A stretch of 59,574 nt of DNA, the filler included, from Sphacelaria rigidula (lineage: Eukaryota), in assembly GCA_964200075.2 (NCBI GenBank). It is 8 parts of 8 records of this genome, joined end to end, with 100 filler letters (N's around TTAATTAATTAA, not from the genome) between each part and the next. Parts side by side here need not be neighbours in the genome. Positions count along the whole stretch, not along the records: positions 7,461 to 14,820 come from CAXNAA020015264.1; positions 14,921 to 22,279 come from CAXNAA020015265.1; positions 22,380 to 29,738 come from CAXNAA020015266.1; 5 more parts are not named here. One strand, 5' to 3'. The notes beneath the pieces were generated by a model. That model did no database searches. It was not told the origin of the DNA and saw nothing but the letters and a program-made list of their open reading frames with translations. The translations under genes and the position numbers were made by a program. Below, piece by piece: positions 11,437 through 23,035 of this stretch (position 1 is the first letter of the stretch; every line of letters starts with the position of its first letter).

Positions 11437-13207
11437 GTACGTACTGTGCATGTGCACTCACGCAGACTTTCGTTTGTCTCTTGTCTCTCTATTTCATAAC
11501 TACTATTTGTCACAGGTGTGCAATGGCGTTGTATTCAGGTCCGCGGTCAAAATTATAGGTGATGCAGCATTCCCTCCGAAAGGCGAAATGTTGAAATATC
11601 AGTCGTTCGGTGCAAAACCATTTTTCCTGAAGTACCACAGCGACGAGGACAGCAACCGAAACATTGAAACCTCCCTCGGCTGCTCGAAAGTACGGTCACA
11701 GCTTAGCAGCTAGAACGCAGATGGTGTCCCTCTTCAGCTCCTCTACACACGATACGGTATATCCGAATATCGATCGTGATGTGAGGTAATAAATCAATCA
11801 ATCGATCAATCGATCAAATAGAGCTACCGTCCTTCTAAAGGCACGTTTGAGTTGTGGAGCATCAGTGACCGTCGTATTCCGCCCCCTTCGATCCGATCCC
11901 CTTGAAGCATACGCATAATGTTGTCAGTGTCGCAGACTGGGTCATCTTGGGGATTATTTGCCGTATGCAGAATCACATCTTACTAGAAATATCCAAACTC
12001 TTACGTCTTGGCTATTTTGACATGCCTCTGTGATTACACCATGGCATGTACCTCTCAAAGCATGTCGATGATACGGGGTTCCCTAGTGTCACATCACTTA
12101 CGATGCTCTCAGGTGTTTTGGATCGGGCTGTTTCACCAATATCTTCGACCTGTAGGGCAATCAATGAGAAGCCCGCTTCCCCTCTCCCTATTATTTCTAT
12201 GGAAATGATAATCAGGGTCACCATCCAATCAGCTCGAATTTGCTGTCCGGAGAAGTACTTCGACGTAGTTGATTCCATGAGTTCTGAGTCACTAGGGTCC
12301 TTGATGATGCTGTTTTCCCATTCCAATTAGATTTTGCTCATGACATACATCACCTCACTCGCACTTGAAATGTCGAGATTCCGGCGCATGCGGGAACGAT
12401 TCCCGGTCTTCATTGAACAGAATGAAATGTTTCGGCTCCTCTAGTTGCCCGCGTGGTGTATAACGTTCCCTGTCAAGCGTACTGCATGATACACGTGCTC
12501 TCCCTGTCCTTGATGACCCACGTATCTTTGCTCTATACATCACAAATGATTGTGGTCTGAGAAATTGCGCGGACACTCATTGCTTCGTTGTTGTGTATGT
12601 GACCATTGATAATTTAGATATTCCATGTACATTTGCTCATCTCTCATATATGCGTTCACCACACGATTTTCTTGTCATGCGCGTGTAAATTCTGTATTTT
12701 TCATGCACTTAATTGCTGCGTTTCTCATACAAACAATTTCTCCGTTGCCTTATCCATCATGATCGCCGAAGTGCTCATACACTCGCTGCGCTCGATTTTT
12801 CATACCCTCATGATTGCCGAATAGCCCCTATAACAAACCTCTCCTTCTCATGCACCCTACCCAGCTGTCCAACACGGTGTGCCACCCCCCAAAAAAGTAA
12901 ACACGAACCTCTGAAAAGAATACACGTACAACGAAGATCACGGAAGGCGGGTTACGTGGTTGGCTGGTTTGGTTGACTGATGGGCTAATTGTCGCGCACA
13001 ACCTGATCTGCTACGAATCCCACCATGATTGGTCACAAAGAAGAACGTATCCCAGGTGAATGAAACACACGTGAAGGCGTCACTCGAATGCGTCGAGCAA
13101 GATGACATTGTGAAAAAGGTTGACGAAATAGTGGAGGAAGACAAATCGACAGAGTAACGGCCTAATCGACCCCGTTCCGCCCCGCCCCGTCTCGCCCTCT
13201 TATTTAG

Positions 13208-13411
13208 ATCGGACTGCTGGCGATGGCGCTGATCCCGCTAATGGGGGCCGCATCCGTGATCCAGATGCAGATGATGAACGGGTCATACGGAGATTCCGAG
13301 GGCCTGGACGGGGGTGCCGACGCCGGCGTGATCTTGGGTGGCGCGCTGAACGGCGTGGACACCGTGACTGCCTTCAACATGCAGGCCAGCACGGTGGAGA
13401 AATACGATAAG
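13208..13411 (+). CDS. ABCB transporter exon d
   Basis: TAG/GTACGT bounded, phase 0. IGLLAMALIPLMGAAS...GVILGGALNGVDTVTAFNMQASTVEKYDK resembles the ABCB EAi.niRTV.af region. Confidence 0.88.
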
Positions 13412-14128
13412 GTACGTCTGATGATTATCTTGTTCTCTTTTCTTCGTTTGTTTTGTTCATAGAAAGAAATAAGTGTCTCGATACGACAGTATAACAGGAT
13501 ACTTGTTTCTTACTTCCGGCCAGGGAAGGGAAGGTTGATCCGACCGAATATCTGAACGTACCGAATGAATTCAACAAGCTACTGGCTATGAATACTATAT
13601 TATACAACGAAACAATGAATGGCCTAGGTTGTTTGAACCTGTGGTGATATCGATGGTCGATGGAATGTACTAATGCCGCATGTTTTCTGTGCGCACCGCG
13701 ACAGTCCTTCCTGGGGCCTTTGAACATTAGGATGAGTGAGTCACCTGTATCTTGCGGTGTTATTTTTCAATTGAAACGTTCGACCGATTCAACAAATGGC
13801 CCGACCTTGCCAGTGGAGGAATTCGATTTTCATTCTGCGGGACAAAGATTAATGCTTTTCAGAACACTTTTCGTGTAAGCATCCTTCCCTCTCCGGATGC
13901 CTGGCAGTTTCATGCCCAAGGGTTGGATCAGGCGCAGCCTTCTGAACCCTGCCGACCGCTACCGCGTATGTATGTGTTGCCCATCGCTCGTTCTCGTTCT
14001 ATCACGCACCAACACGCACACTTACTGAAGAGTCATTGCTTGCAGATTTCACACGGTAACGAATCTATTCCTTTTACGATCTGTCTCGAGCGTTCACCAA
14101 ATGATACTCACTGTATCTCCAAAGGTGC

Positions 14129-14160
<32 letters not shown>

Positions 14161-14469
14161 ACGCACAAGAGTTTCGGCGGCTATCGCCTTCACGGTCAAT
14201 GAATCGACAGCCAAGGTACATGGGCAACGGTGATACTCATGTGCGTTGCGTAATGGTACATGACACAGTTCGGCAAAGCCGTGGTGGCAGCAGCTAGCTC
14301 ATGAGCTGAGAACGTTGTTCGAGGCCTTGCGCAAACCTTTTCATATTCCTTGAGAAATGATAATTTGTGTGAGACGTGCGTCCACCACAAGGAAAAAGGG
14401 TCAGCATCCGTTGAGCTAATGCCGCTTTAAATTCCAAAAGGAAGGGTTTCTTTCTACCTCACTCCGATG

Positions 14470-14810
14470 AACCCGGGGGGGATGCACTCATGATCATGCA
14501 TCCCATAGTCATCAGACCATTGACCTCGCATCCCCACAAAGCCGGGACGGAGCACCCCGGATTTTCGCCGGACCAGGCTCGCACTCAAGCGCGAAGCGCC
14601 GTAGTGTGTTCGGCGAGTCGCATGAAGGGTGAGCTGCACCCTGCCAAGATTGTTCGGCCCGAAGCCTACTGACTATCTTGCATTTGGATGACAGCACCAA
14701 CAATGAGTTGCTTTATTTTCTGGTATTGCCACTTCCTGAGACAGTTACAGCTTGTACACTGCCTCATGGGTGCCTCACCATTCAAACACTACGTGGAACG
14801 ACCATCCCCA
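14470..14810 (+). repeat. Dispersed repeat, copy 1 (copy 2 at about 22705-23035)
   Basis: Shared blocks TGACCTCGCATCCC, CCGGACCAGGCTCGCA, AAGCGCGAAGCGCCGT, AAGATTGTTC, TACACTGCCTCATGG and CTCACCATTCAAACACT in the same order in two contigs. Confidence 0.85.
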
Positions 14811-14820
14811 TTGTGCGGAG

Positions 14821-14920
14821 NNNNNNNNNNNNNNNNNNNNNNNNNNNNNNNNNNNNNNNNNNNNTTAATTAATTAANNNNNNNNNNNNNNNNNNNNNNNN
14901 NNNNNNNNNNNNNNNNNNNN
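14821..14920. other. Artificial contig linker
   Basis: Same N44-TTAATTAATTAA-N44 spacer. Confidence 0.98.
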
Positions 14921-15049
14921 CTTTGTGGGGGTGTGGGGGCAAAGGACACACCACTACGGCCTGGATGATCATGAGGAGTGCCCCCCCCCCCCCCCCCCCC
15001 GAAGATGACAAAATGTGCCAAAAGTGCCATAGTGTTGAGCGGGAAATAT

Positions 15050-16515
15050 CCAAATATTTTGATATGTTACAAGGAGTTTCACAAGGATGTACGTCATCAC
15101 CTACTTTATTCAAGGTATTTGTTCATGGCTCGATACTAGCGGTAGAAGCAGGAAATCAAGGGGTCAAGGTGGAGGAAGGTGAGACATCAGGTATGATGTC
15201 CGCAGATGAATTTGTGGGGATTTCAAAAACAGCAGAAGGATTGCAACAATAGGTGGACAAGGCGCTAGAATACACCAATAAATGGAGAGTGACAACGAAT
15301 GTTGACAAATGCGCGGTACTCGTCTATAACGAAGATGAGAAAAATCCGGTGGAGCTCAAATGGAAGTGGGGACAAAAGAGGAACTGCCGATTGTGGACTA
15401 GTATACACAACTTGGCGTGGAAATATCAAAGTATTGTTCTTGGGATGCACACATGAACGAAGTGATGAAATGAGGTCAGATACAGACGGACAGGATGCAC
15501 GTGATCCTCAGAGATTCGCACCTAGACTCTAGGATCAAGAAATGTATCCTGATGAACGTGATCGCACTAAAGCTCGGAAATGCAGTAGAAGTATAGGAGG
15601 GGAACGTGGAATTGATGGAGAAGTTAGGAACAGTACAGATGACAGCAGCTAAGAAGATACTTGGATGCTCGGAAACGACGAGTAATACAGCTTTAAGAGT
15701 AGAGTTGGGAATGTACTCACTTGAAACAAACAAAAACATGAGGAAATCGAAATGTCAACATAACGTAAAGATCATGCAGAGGAAAAGATTGCCAGCTACA
15801 GTTGATGAGGCTGTATGGAGAAAGTACGAAAGGGCATGCTATAATGTAGATCGAGAAAGTATGAAGGGAGATAATGGGCAACCAAGACGAAATACTTCCC
15901 GCATGTGAAGGCGCGGGGCACAAAGCAAAAGTGAGATACATGATTGGAATACGAAAGAAAGAAGCGCTCAAACGCGAGGTAGACGAGGAAGAACACCTCG
16001 AGATAGACGGGGGGTTGAGAGAGGGGATCCGAATGAAAACATATCTGCATGGCGTAATGGACGCTGCCAAAAATATGAAACTGCGATTTCGGGAGGGCGA
16101 TCTGGACCTAGCAGGAAAAAGGAGATATACCAGTAGTCGAAAGGAGGAGGGAGTAGATGGACAGAACTGCCTCTTTGGCGAAGCAATAGAGAGCAGGAGT
16201 CACGTAGTTGCAGAATGTGAACTATACAAGGAGGAACCGGACGTGCTAGAAGGGGAAGTGCGAGACGTGAACAAAGGTGGCATGAAAGCGTTCGATGCAT
16301 TAGGCAGTAACGAGGAAAACGATGGCTATACTAGGAGATGGATGGTGGCCACAGAAGACTAGACAGGAAGTGGATAGGCTATGTGAAGGGTTTTCGTGTA
16401 ATGTATGAAATAAACGTGATGAGCTACGGAAGAAACGTAATGGGCGCCGGAATGTCGAAGGTGTTTCTATTAGAAGTATGAGCGGTGCTCCGTCTCGAAA
16501 GGGATGCGTGGTCGA
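15050..16515 (+). mobile_element. Decayed non-LTR (LINE) retrotransposon, 3' half of the RT ORF
   Basis: GVSQGCTSSPTLF (QG..LSP.LF), MSADEF (decayed YADD), KWRVTTNVDKCAVL, and a C-terminal Zn-finger remnant CLFGEAIESRSHVVAEC. Multiple stops and frameshifts. Confidence 0.88.
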
Positions 16516-17011
16516 GGGCCGAACAACAGATGGATGATTAAGGGCCAAAACGGCGCATACGTTGTCGAGTGCACTGTACGTACTCGGGTTGCGCGTAGTT
16601 GATGTCGAGGTTGGGGTTGGTGGTTTGGGTTTGACATGAACGGAGTGTTTTACGTCGTGGGTTTCGCCACCGAGTATGCGTGCACAACCCGACACGGCAC
16701 TATCACGATCATAAGGAGAAGAACAACAGCAACAGCAAACAGCATGAAAAAGAAGACGAAAAACAAGACAGAGGGAAAAATATGGAAACACACACATATT
16801 ATATTGGCTGCTTGCGAAATATAGTGTTGTGGGATTCACAGCGTGTTGTGGATGCGCATCAAATGCATACCAGCTAGCTGGTACTCGCAGAGCGCACGTC
16901 GTGTGTCTTGTGTAAATTGAACACAGTCTGACCCCACCGTAACTGACGCATGTTGGCGCGCCAGTATAGTAACACTTGAGTACTCTCGGCTGTCTGTCAA
17001 AATGCTGGCAG

Positions 17012-17104
17012 GCTCACCTCCGAAACGTTTTCTACCGCATGGGTTTTGGCGACGAGGGCATCGTGGCTCTGTCGGGCGCTCACACCCTCGGGCGCGCACA
17101 CAAG
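17012..17104 (+). CDS. APX: Ascorbate peroxidase (class I heme peroxidase), proximal-His exon (partial gene)
   Basis: CAG/GTGAG bounded. [31 protein letters not shown] contains the [12 protein letters not shown] heme-ligand signature. Confidence 0.93.
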
Positions 17105-18539
17105 GTGAGGATGAACAGGCACGAGCAGCACGGTGAGGGGAGATGTACCGTAGCATGAAATGTAAGAGTCATGCTCGAGTTATTGCGGGTGAGGAGACGG
17201 CTAAGCGGTACCCGCTTACATGAACGATGATTTGGATATATTGTTTCTTCACTTTTCGGGTAGTCCGCCCGAGGTTTCGGGGGTATTCGATTGAAAATGT
17301 CCGTGGGGGGGATATCGTTTGTATATCTGCGATCCGACCGGATTGCACACGTCCGTTGCATCTGTCTGAACAAATGTTTTCAGTGGTGACGCCGATTGTT
17401 TCCTAGATTCATTTTTTTTGTTGTTGGAACTCGCCGTTGGATCTGCTGAGGACGTTGTGGGGTCCATGAAAACTACTGGAAGTTTTGAAATTACGCATGT
17501 ACACGAAAAACAAAATAGAATGAGACCATGTTCGATGTTCGGACAGATTTAAATCAAACGTGCAACCACCAATCCGGTCACAACACATGGCGGGTGTTAC
17601 GGATACCCCTAAATAGTTTTCGTATTTCTCGGTCCGATTTTTGACCTTGTCCATCCCCGAAACAAAATTCATCCCCAAATTGTAGAGTCTCGTGTTTTGT
17701 CCCGTGGTATCTCTGTTGTCTCTTGGTTTGATGTACTATCTGTAGAGCATATGTACCGAATATATATAGTCTTGCGGTGATACTCGGATTCGAAACTCGA
17801 TCCCCCGTTGTGAAAAAGTGCCTTCAAACTGAGACGCTGATCGAAGGCGGTGCTTGTCAAGGGCAGCGTGTTGTTTATTGCAATAGCAACAAATGTACTG
17901 CGTACAGTATGGGATACGTTGGCTAATGCTATAGACGGAATAGCCCACACTGTACGCAGTACACTTTTTGGCAATGTAATCGGTTGTCCTTGGCGTGGTG
18001 TTTCGAACCCCTCTCCTCCCCCCTCCCCTCCCTACCCCCCGAGGTGGGTGCACTACCGAAGCGGAGTTTCGCCCGCGGACGAAGAGTACCTTTCGTATGG
18101 AAAGATGATGTCTCAAAACGCAATTTCGGTCTGCATTTGTCGATGACCTGTGTCACTTTAACGCTCCCACCGCGAGCCAGTGTTCGTCATTCGCTCGACT
18201 CGACATACATTTAAATTGGAAACCGGCCTTTGAGACTCAGATCGACCACTCTAGCGGTGACGGGGTCAAGCGGAGTTATGGTTCATTTTTGTCGTGTAAC
18301 CGAATGATGTTCCCGTGTGGGGGTGAAACGAACGAAACGCCTCCCTCGTAGTTCTGAACTTGTTGGGTATACGGCGAACAATCCTAGAACACGTACGGGG
18401 GTATTGGGCAATCTGGTGTCTCGAGGAATGTATCCATCAAGCAGACGACCAGCTATGATTCTAACATCATTTTTAATTGCACAATGACTACTTTTGTCAT
18501 TCGTGGAGTTGCTTGAAATAAATCCACGGTTAGGACTCA

Positions 18540-18776
18540 TGCCGAGATAGCCCCCCCACAAAAAGTGCACTTGAGGCGGTGCGACATAACGGCTGCGATA
18601 CCTCTATCGGGCTCGTCCGGAGCAATTCCGCCCACATGAGAGCCGTGGAGCAGTTCGAAATTAGCTATTGCGCCCAATTAAGTCCCGTCGTGCAGCACGA
18701 AACCAGCTTTAACGGCATTTATGATCATCGCCTCCGTGCACTTTTTTGGCCGGTTCGAGGGGGGGCTATCTCGGCA
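18540..18776. mobile_element. MITE-like element (about 237 bp) in APX intron
   Basis: Ends TGCCGAGATAGCCCCCC..AAAAAGTGCAC and GTGCACTTTTTT..GGGGGGCTATCTCGGCA. Inverted second copy at 52232-52470. Confidence 0.8.
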
Positions 18777-19531
18777 GCAGTCTTGGGACGAATCATCACG
18801 ACTAACAATTACCGAATCCATGATTTCTTCGGCCTGATCGCCCGAAAGGGAGGGAACAGTTGACCGCTGGTCTAAGGGGTAGCCACGCAACTTTTGCGCC
18901 ATTCCACGTGTCTGGGCTAGGTGTGCCTGGGTTGTAACGCCGGAAACAAAGCATAGGGATTGATGTGTTCAAGTCGAACCAGTCATACTAAAATCGAGTA
19001 ATTTCTGGACGAATCATAATTTGTCCGACCCTTGAACAAATCACACGATGAACACCTCATGAGCTAATCGAAGATAACTCTCAGATCAATCGTACAAGAA
19101 CACAAATCACGTGACCGTGACAGCAGTGTCTGACGAGAATCCAAAGCGTCACCTTCCCGCTACATGGCGTGCTCGGCGTCCACCGCTATCGGGAGCTAAT
19201 ACGGAAATTATGGCCAAATGAGCTAGTAATAGCTCATGACCCGGATATGTACTCTGACAAGATGTCATACCCAGGTAACTGTCATGAGCTTTCCGGCGTG
19301 TGAAACATATCACTCACATGAACAAAGATAATAAGACCACCTGAATTGAATAGTAACAACACCACCAACAACAACAACACATATCACAACGACCTCACGA
19401 GACAGACGAAATTTTGATGGTGACAAAATTTGAAAAAGGCGATAACCACCTGCATCGTGATGGAAAAATGCAGTAAATGAAAAAAGAACTTCAAAAAAAT
19501 TGGACCATGACGGTTTGTTGAACTACGCCAG

Positions 19532-19668
19532 AACCGCAGCGGCGAAGGACGCGAGAGCACCAAGTTCACCCAGAGTGGAGCTTGTCCCAGGGCGGATGGC
19601 AAGGCTGGTGTGGGATCGTGCACTGGGGGCAGCGCTTGGACGGAGAAGTGGCTCAAGTTTGACAACAG
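19532..19668 (+). CDS. APX: Ascorbate peroxidase exon with plastid-type loop
   Basis: CAG/GTGAGT bounded, in phase. NRSGEGRESTKFTQSGACPRADGKAGVGSCTGGSAWTEKWLKFDN parallels chloroplastic APX ERSGWGKPETKYT...GGQSWT..WLKFDNSYF. Confidence 0.92.
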
Positions 19669-20595
19669 GTGAGTCTTTTTGTCTTCACCCCCTGGGACAA
19701 AAAATGCCGGCAAGAATTGACACCCTGGACAAAATATGGTTAATTTAATGCAATCACTACAAACTGTACTGCGTCGAGTATAGGCATATTGCAACTTTTG
19801 ACGGTCGGCAATAGTTCGATCAGACCTAAACGTAATCCGGTATATTTTTGGTCTTTTAAATCCATTGACCATGTATTTATTGTCCAGGGCTTACAAAACT
19901 TTTACTGTACAGTATCGACTGAAACGTCCAATCCTGTATATATATATATACCACGCACAGTATCAACTGTTGCATCTATTGTAACAGCAAAATATTCCGT
20001 ACTGTACGCAGTACATTTTTGACGATGTGATATTTTGTTATTATCCAGGGCGTGATATTGTTCCGAACTGCTGTCCATAGCGGACAGTACAGCGGCTACA
20101 TGCAAAAGCCCTTGTGCTCTACAATCAGCAAATATGAACCATTTTAGGATGTTGGATTTTTTCAAAAGCGTTACAGCCTACCTGCCGATTTGTCCGAATG
20201 GTGTCTTGCAGGTGGGTAGTGGTGGTCCGCGACAGAACTCGGCAACGGGTATCGTCAGCTCCTAGTGTGTGTGTCCGAGTGTGTGTGTTCTATGTTTTTG
20301 TCATCCCAGCTTTTCTGGTCGTGGGTTCGAATCTCGGAGCGATCTCGGATTATGCATTGCCCAACAGTGAAGAGGAGCCACTATGTTGTGCGTACACATA
20401 ATTCGACTTGATGATCGAGAGAAGGGGGCTTCTGAACCCCTCTCGCGATAAAAAAATCAAGTCGAGCACCACACAACAAAGGTAAAGAGACTTGAAGGAA
20501 AAAACCCCGTGATGGCTCTCCTCCCGTGTGACCCCGACTGGTGCGCCCACACATAACAAAACGTGTAGACCGGCGTCCAGAATAGATGGGACGAC

Positions 20596-20596
<1 letters not shown>

Positions 20597-20644
<48 letters not shown>
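20597..20644. repeat. (CA)n microsatellite
   Basis: About 24 CA units. A shorter (CA)n lies at about 14128-14162. Confidence 0.95.
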
Positions 20645-20646
<2 letters not shown>

Positions 20647-21520
20647 AAGAAGAAAGAAGAAAGAAGAGGAATCACATCTTGAACCACTGGGTTTCACCTC
20701 AGGCGTAGGACTGAATATTGCACGACTTGGACAATATGTAGTCAAGAGTTGCGCAAGAGACCAAAAAGAATATGTTATGCGTAAAATTTAGGCCTATTGC
20801 GACTATTGTCGTCTGCGACTCTGGTCGCAATAGACCTATACTGAACGTGGTACATTTCGTGTTTAACGTAATTCTTGATCATAAGTATTTCTCAACGTGT
20901 GTGATATTGCAAGGGTAGGATGAAAAATAATCTAATCTGAGAGTGACTACTTGGTTTTGGTGTAATCGATCCGTACGGCACAGTATCATTTGTTGGGCTT
21001 CAATTTCAGCGTTTCAGTGTATCCCAGATACTCGTACCGCAGGCTCGTGGAGTAGTGGCACGGAATTTGCGCAGGAACTTTTTTTGACTCCGTTATCATC
21101 GTCTCTTGTCTCATTTCGATCAGTCAGGCCTCAAAAATCGTAGGTCTGGTTGTTGGAACCAGCAATGAGATGGCCCGATCCCTGAAGCAGTGTGTACTGC
21201 ACTGGCAACGCAGACTGTTGGCGGAAAGGATCCCACCAATACTTCCGATACGATGTTTATGGGGGAACTTGGACTCCGCAAGCAACACTGCGTGAGCCAG
21301 GCGCTGGGGATTCGCGGCTGGATTGTTGAGTTGACTTTCTGTCAACGCAACATACAGCAAGTACGTATTGAAAATAAATGCATATGTTTGCTGTTGACAA
21401 CAACGCAAGCCTTCAGCCCTTTAACCCCCCCCTTCCCCCCCCCCCCGGCGGCCCGTCCCTGTGTTGCATGTATGTATGCCTCGATCCAACTGTTGTTGTT
21501 CTTTGGTTTCGTGAAAATAG

Positions 21521-21668
21521 CTACTTCGAAACAGTTCCAGATGAGTCTTCTGACCCCGAGCTTCTGAAGCTGGCCACCGACAAGTGCCTGTTCGTGGACG
21601 AGGGCTTCTTACCGTTCGCGCAGAAATACAAGGCCAGCCAAGATGACTTCTTCGCGGACTACGCTAAG
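21521..21668 (+). CDS. APX: Ascorbate peroxidase exon
   Basis: Phase matches the previous exon (AG+C = S). YFETVPDESSDPELLKLATDKCLFVDEGFLPFAQKYKASQDDFFADYAK includes the proximal Asp (TD). Confidence 0.92.
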
Positions 21669-22279
21669 GTCGGTGCTCAGGTTTTCCATACAAGTATTCC
21701 GGTTGTTGGCAAGGGGGGGGGGCACAGGTCTCAGCTCCGGCACCACGTTACCAGGGCTACCTACCCCTTCTGCCCCCCGCCCCCTCCCCCCCCCCCCCTA
21801 TTTTCGCTTTCTAGGAATATTTCAAGAATTGGTCGTGCAGTACCTTACCTGAACAAGTTGACTTCCAATGTCGGGATGCGGTACATGACCCCGTCGTAGC
21901 GACCGAAGTGTTGTAAAGCGATGTGGTTGTCCCTGCTAAGAACCTTACCGGGTGCAGGGGGAATCCAACGTGACATGAACAGGTGGTGATATAAAATGAT
22001 GTTCCCCTACTACTTTATCTATCTATATGAGTGGGCTGCGGCTTGGTCTCTCGGTGAACTCCGAAGCTCAGCCACCTTCCCGTTTTCTTCCAAATGCCGC
22101 ATGGGCTCAATCTTTGTGATTCCCAACACGGAAACGAAGGTCTGGATCAGATCTGGCGACGCCTGGCAGCTCAATCACTTGGACTTGGAGTTTCGACTGA
22201 TGCAGCGTTCCCCCCCCCCCCCCCCCCCCCCGCCCCACCCCGCGGCCCCCCCGCCCCCCCCGCTCGCGCCCACGCGGCG

Positions 22280-22379
22280 NNNNNNNNNNNNNNNNNNNNN
22301 NNNNNNNNNNNNNNNNNNNNNNNTTAATTAATTAANNNNNNNNNNNNNNNNNNNNNNNNNNNNNNNNNNNNNNNNNNNN
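22280..22379. other. Artificial contig linker
   Basis: Same spacer. Confidence 0.98.
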
Positions 22380-22704
22380 ATGAGATAAGGGGCTCCTAAC
22401 AATTCTAACCTCAGAAATTATTTCTGTACCCCTACCGTAGCATCACTCTTGATTGAGTGGTTAGTCTTCGCCAAATAACTAGTCCGTCACGAATACGACC
22501 GTGATCAACCGTTAGACGTACGTGGGCCATAATTTGAAACACATACACGTGAATGAGTGTTTCCGTTCTGTTTTATCCCAGGTACGCCTACCGCGTGATC
22601 ACGGCTGGGTCTCTGGGCGATCAGTTGATGTGTGACGATCGGAACTGAGATAAAATAAATAATAAAAATACTCGATACAAGAGGCTCTGGAACACGGGGG
22701 AGCG

Positions 22705-23035
22705 GGGGGGGGTGTACTAATGATCTCGCATGCCATAGTGATATGAGCCATGACCTCGCATCCCTACAATGCCGGAACGGAGCACGCCGGGTTTTCACCG
22801 GACCAGGCTCGCAATCTATCACCAAGCGCGAAGCGCCGTGGTGTGCTCGGCGAGTCGCACGAAGGTTGAGCTGCATCCTGCTAAGATTGTTCCGCCCGAG
22901 GCGTTCTGAATATCTTGCATGTGGATGACAGCCTCCAAAGAGTTGTTTTTTTTCCCTGGTATCGCCACTTCCAGAGACAGCCACGGCCTATACACTGCCT
23001 CATGGTTATCTCACCATTCAAACACTGCGTAGTAC
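22705..23035 (+). repeat. Dispersed repeat, copy 2
   Basis: Collinear with 14470-14810. Confidence 0.85.
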
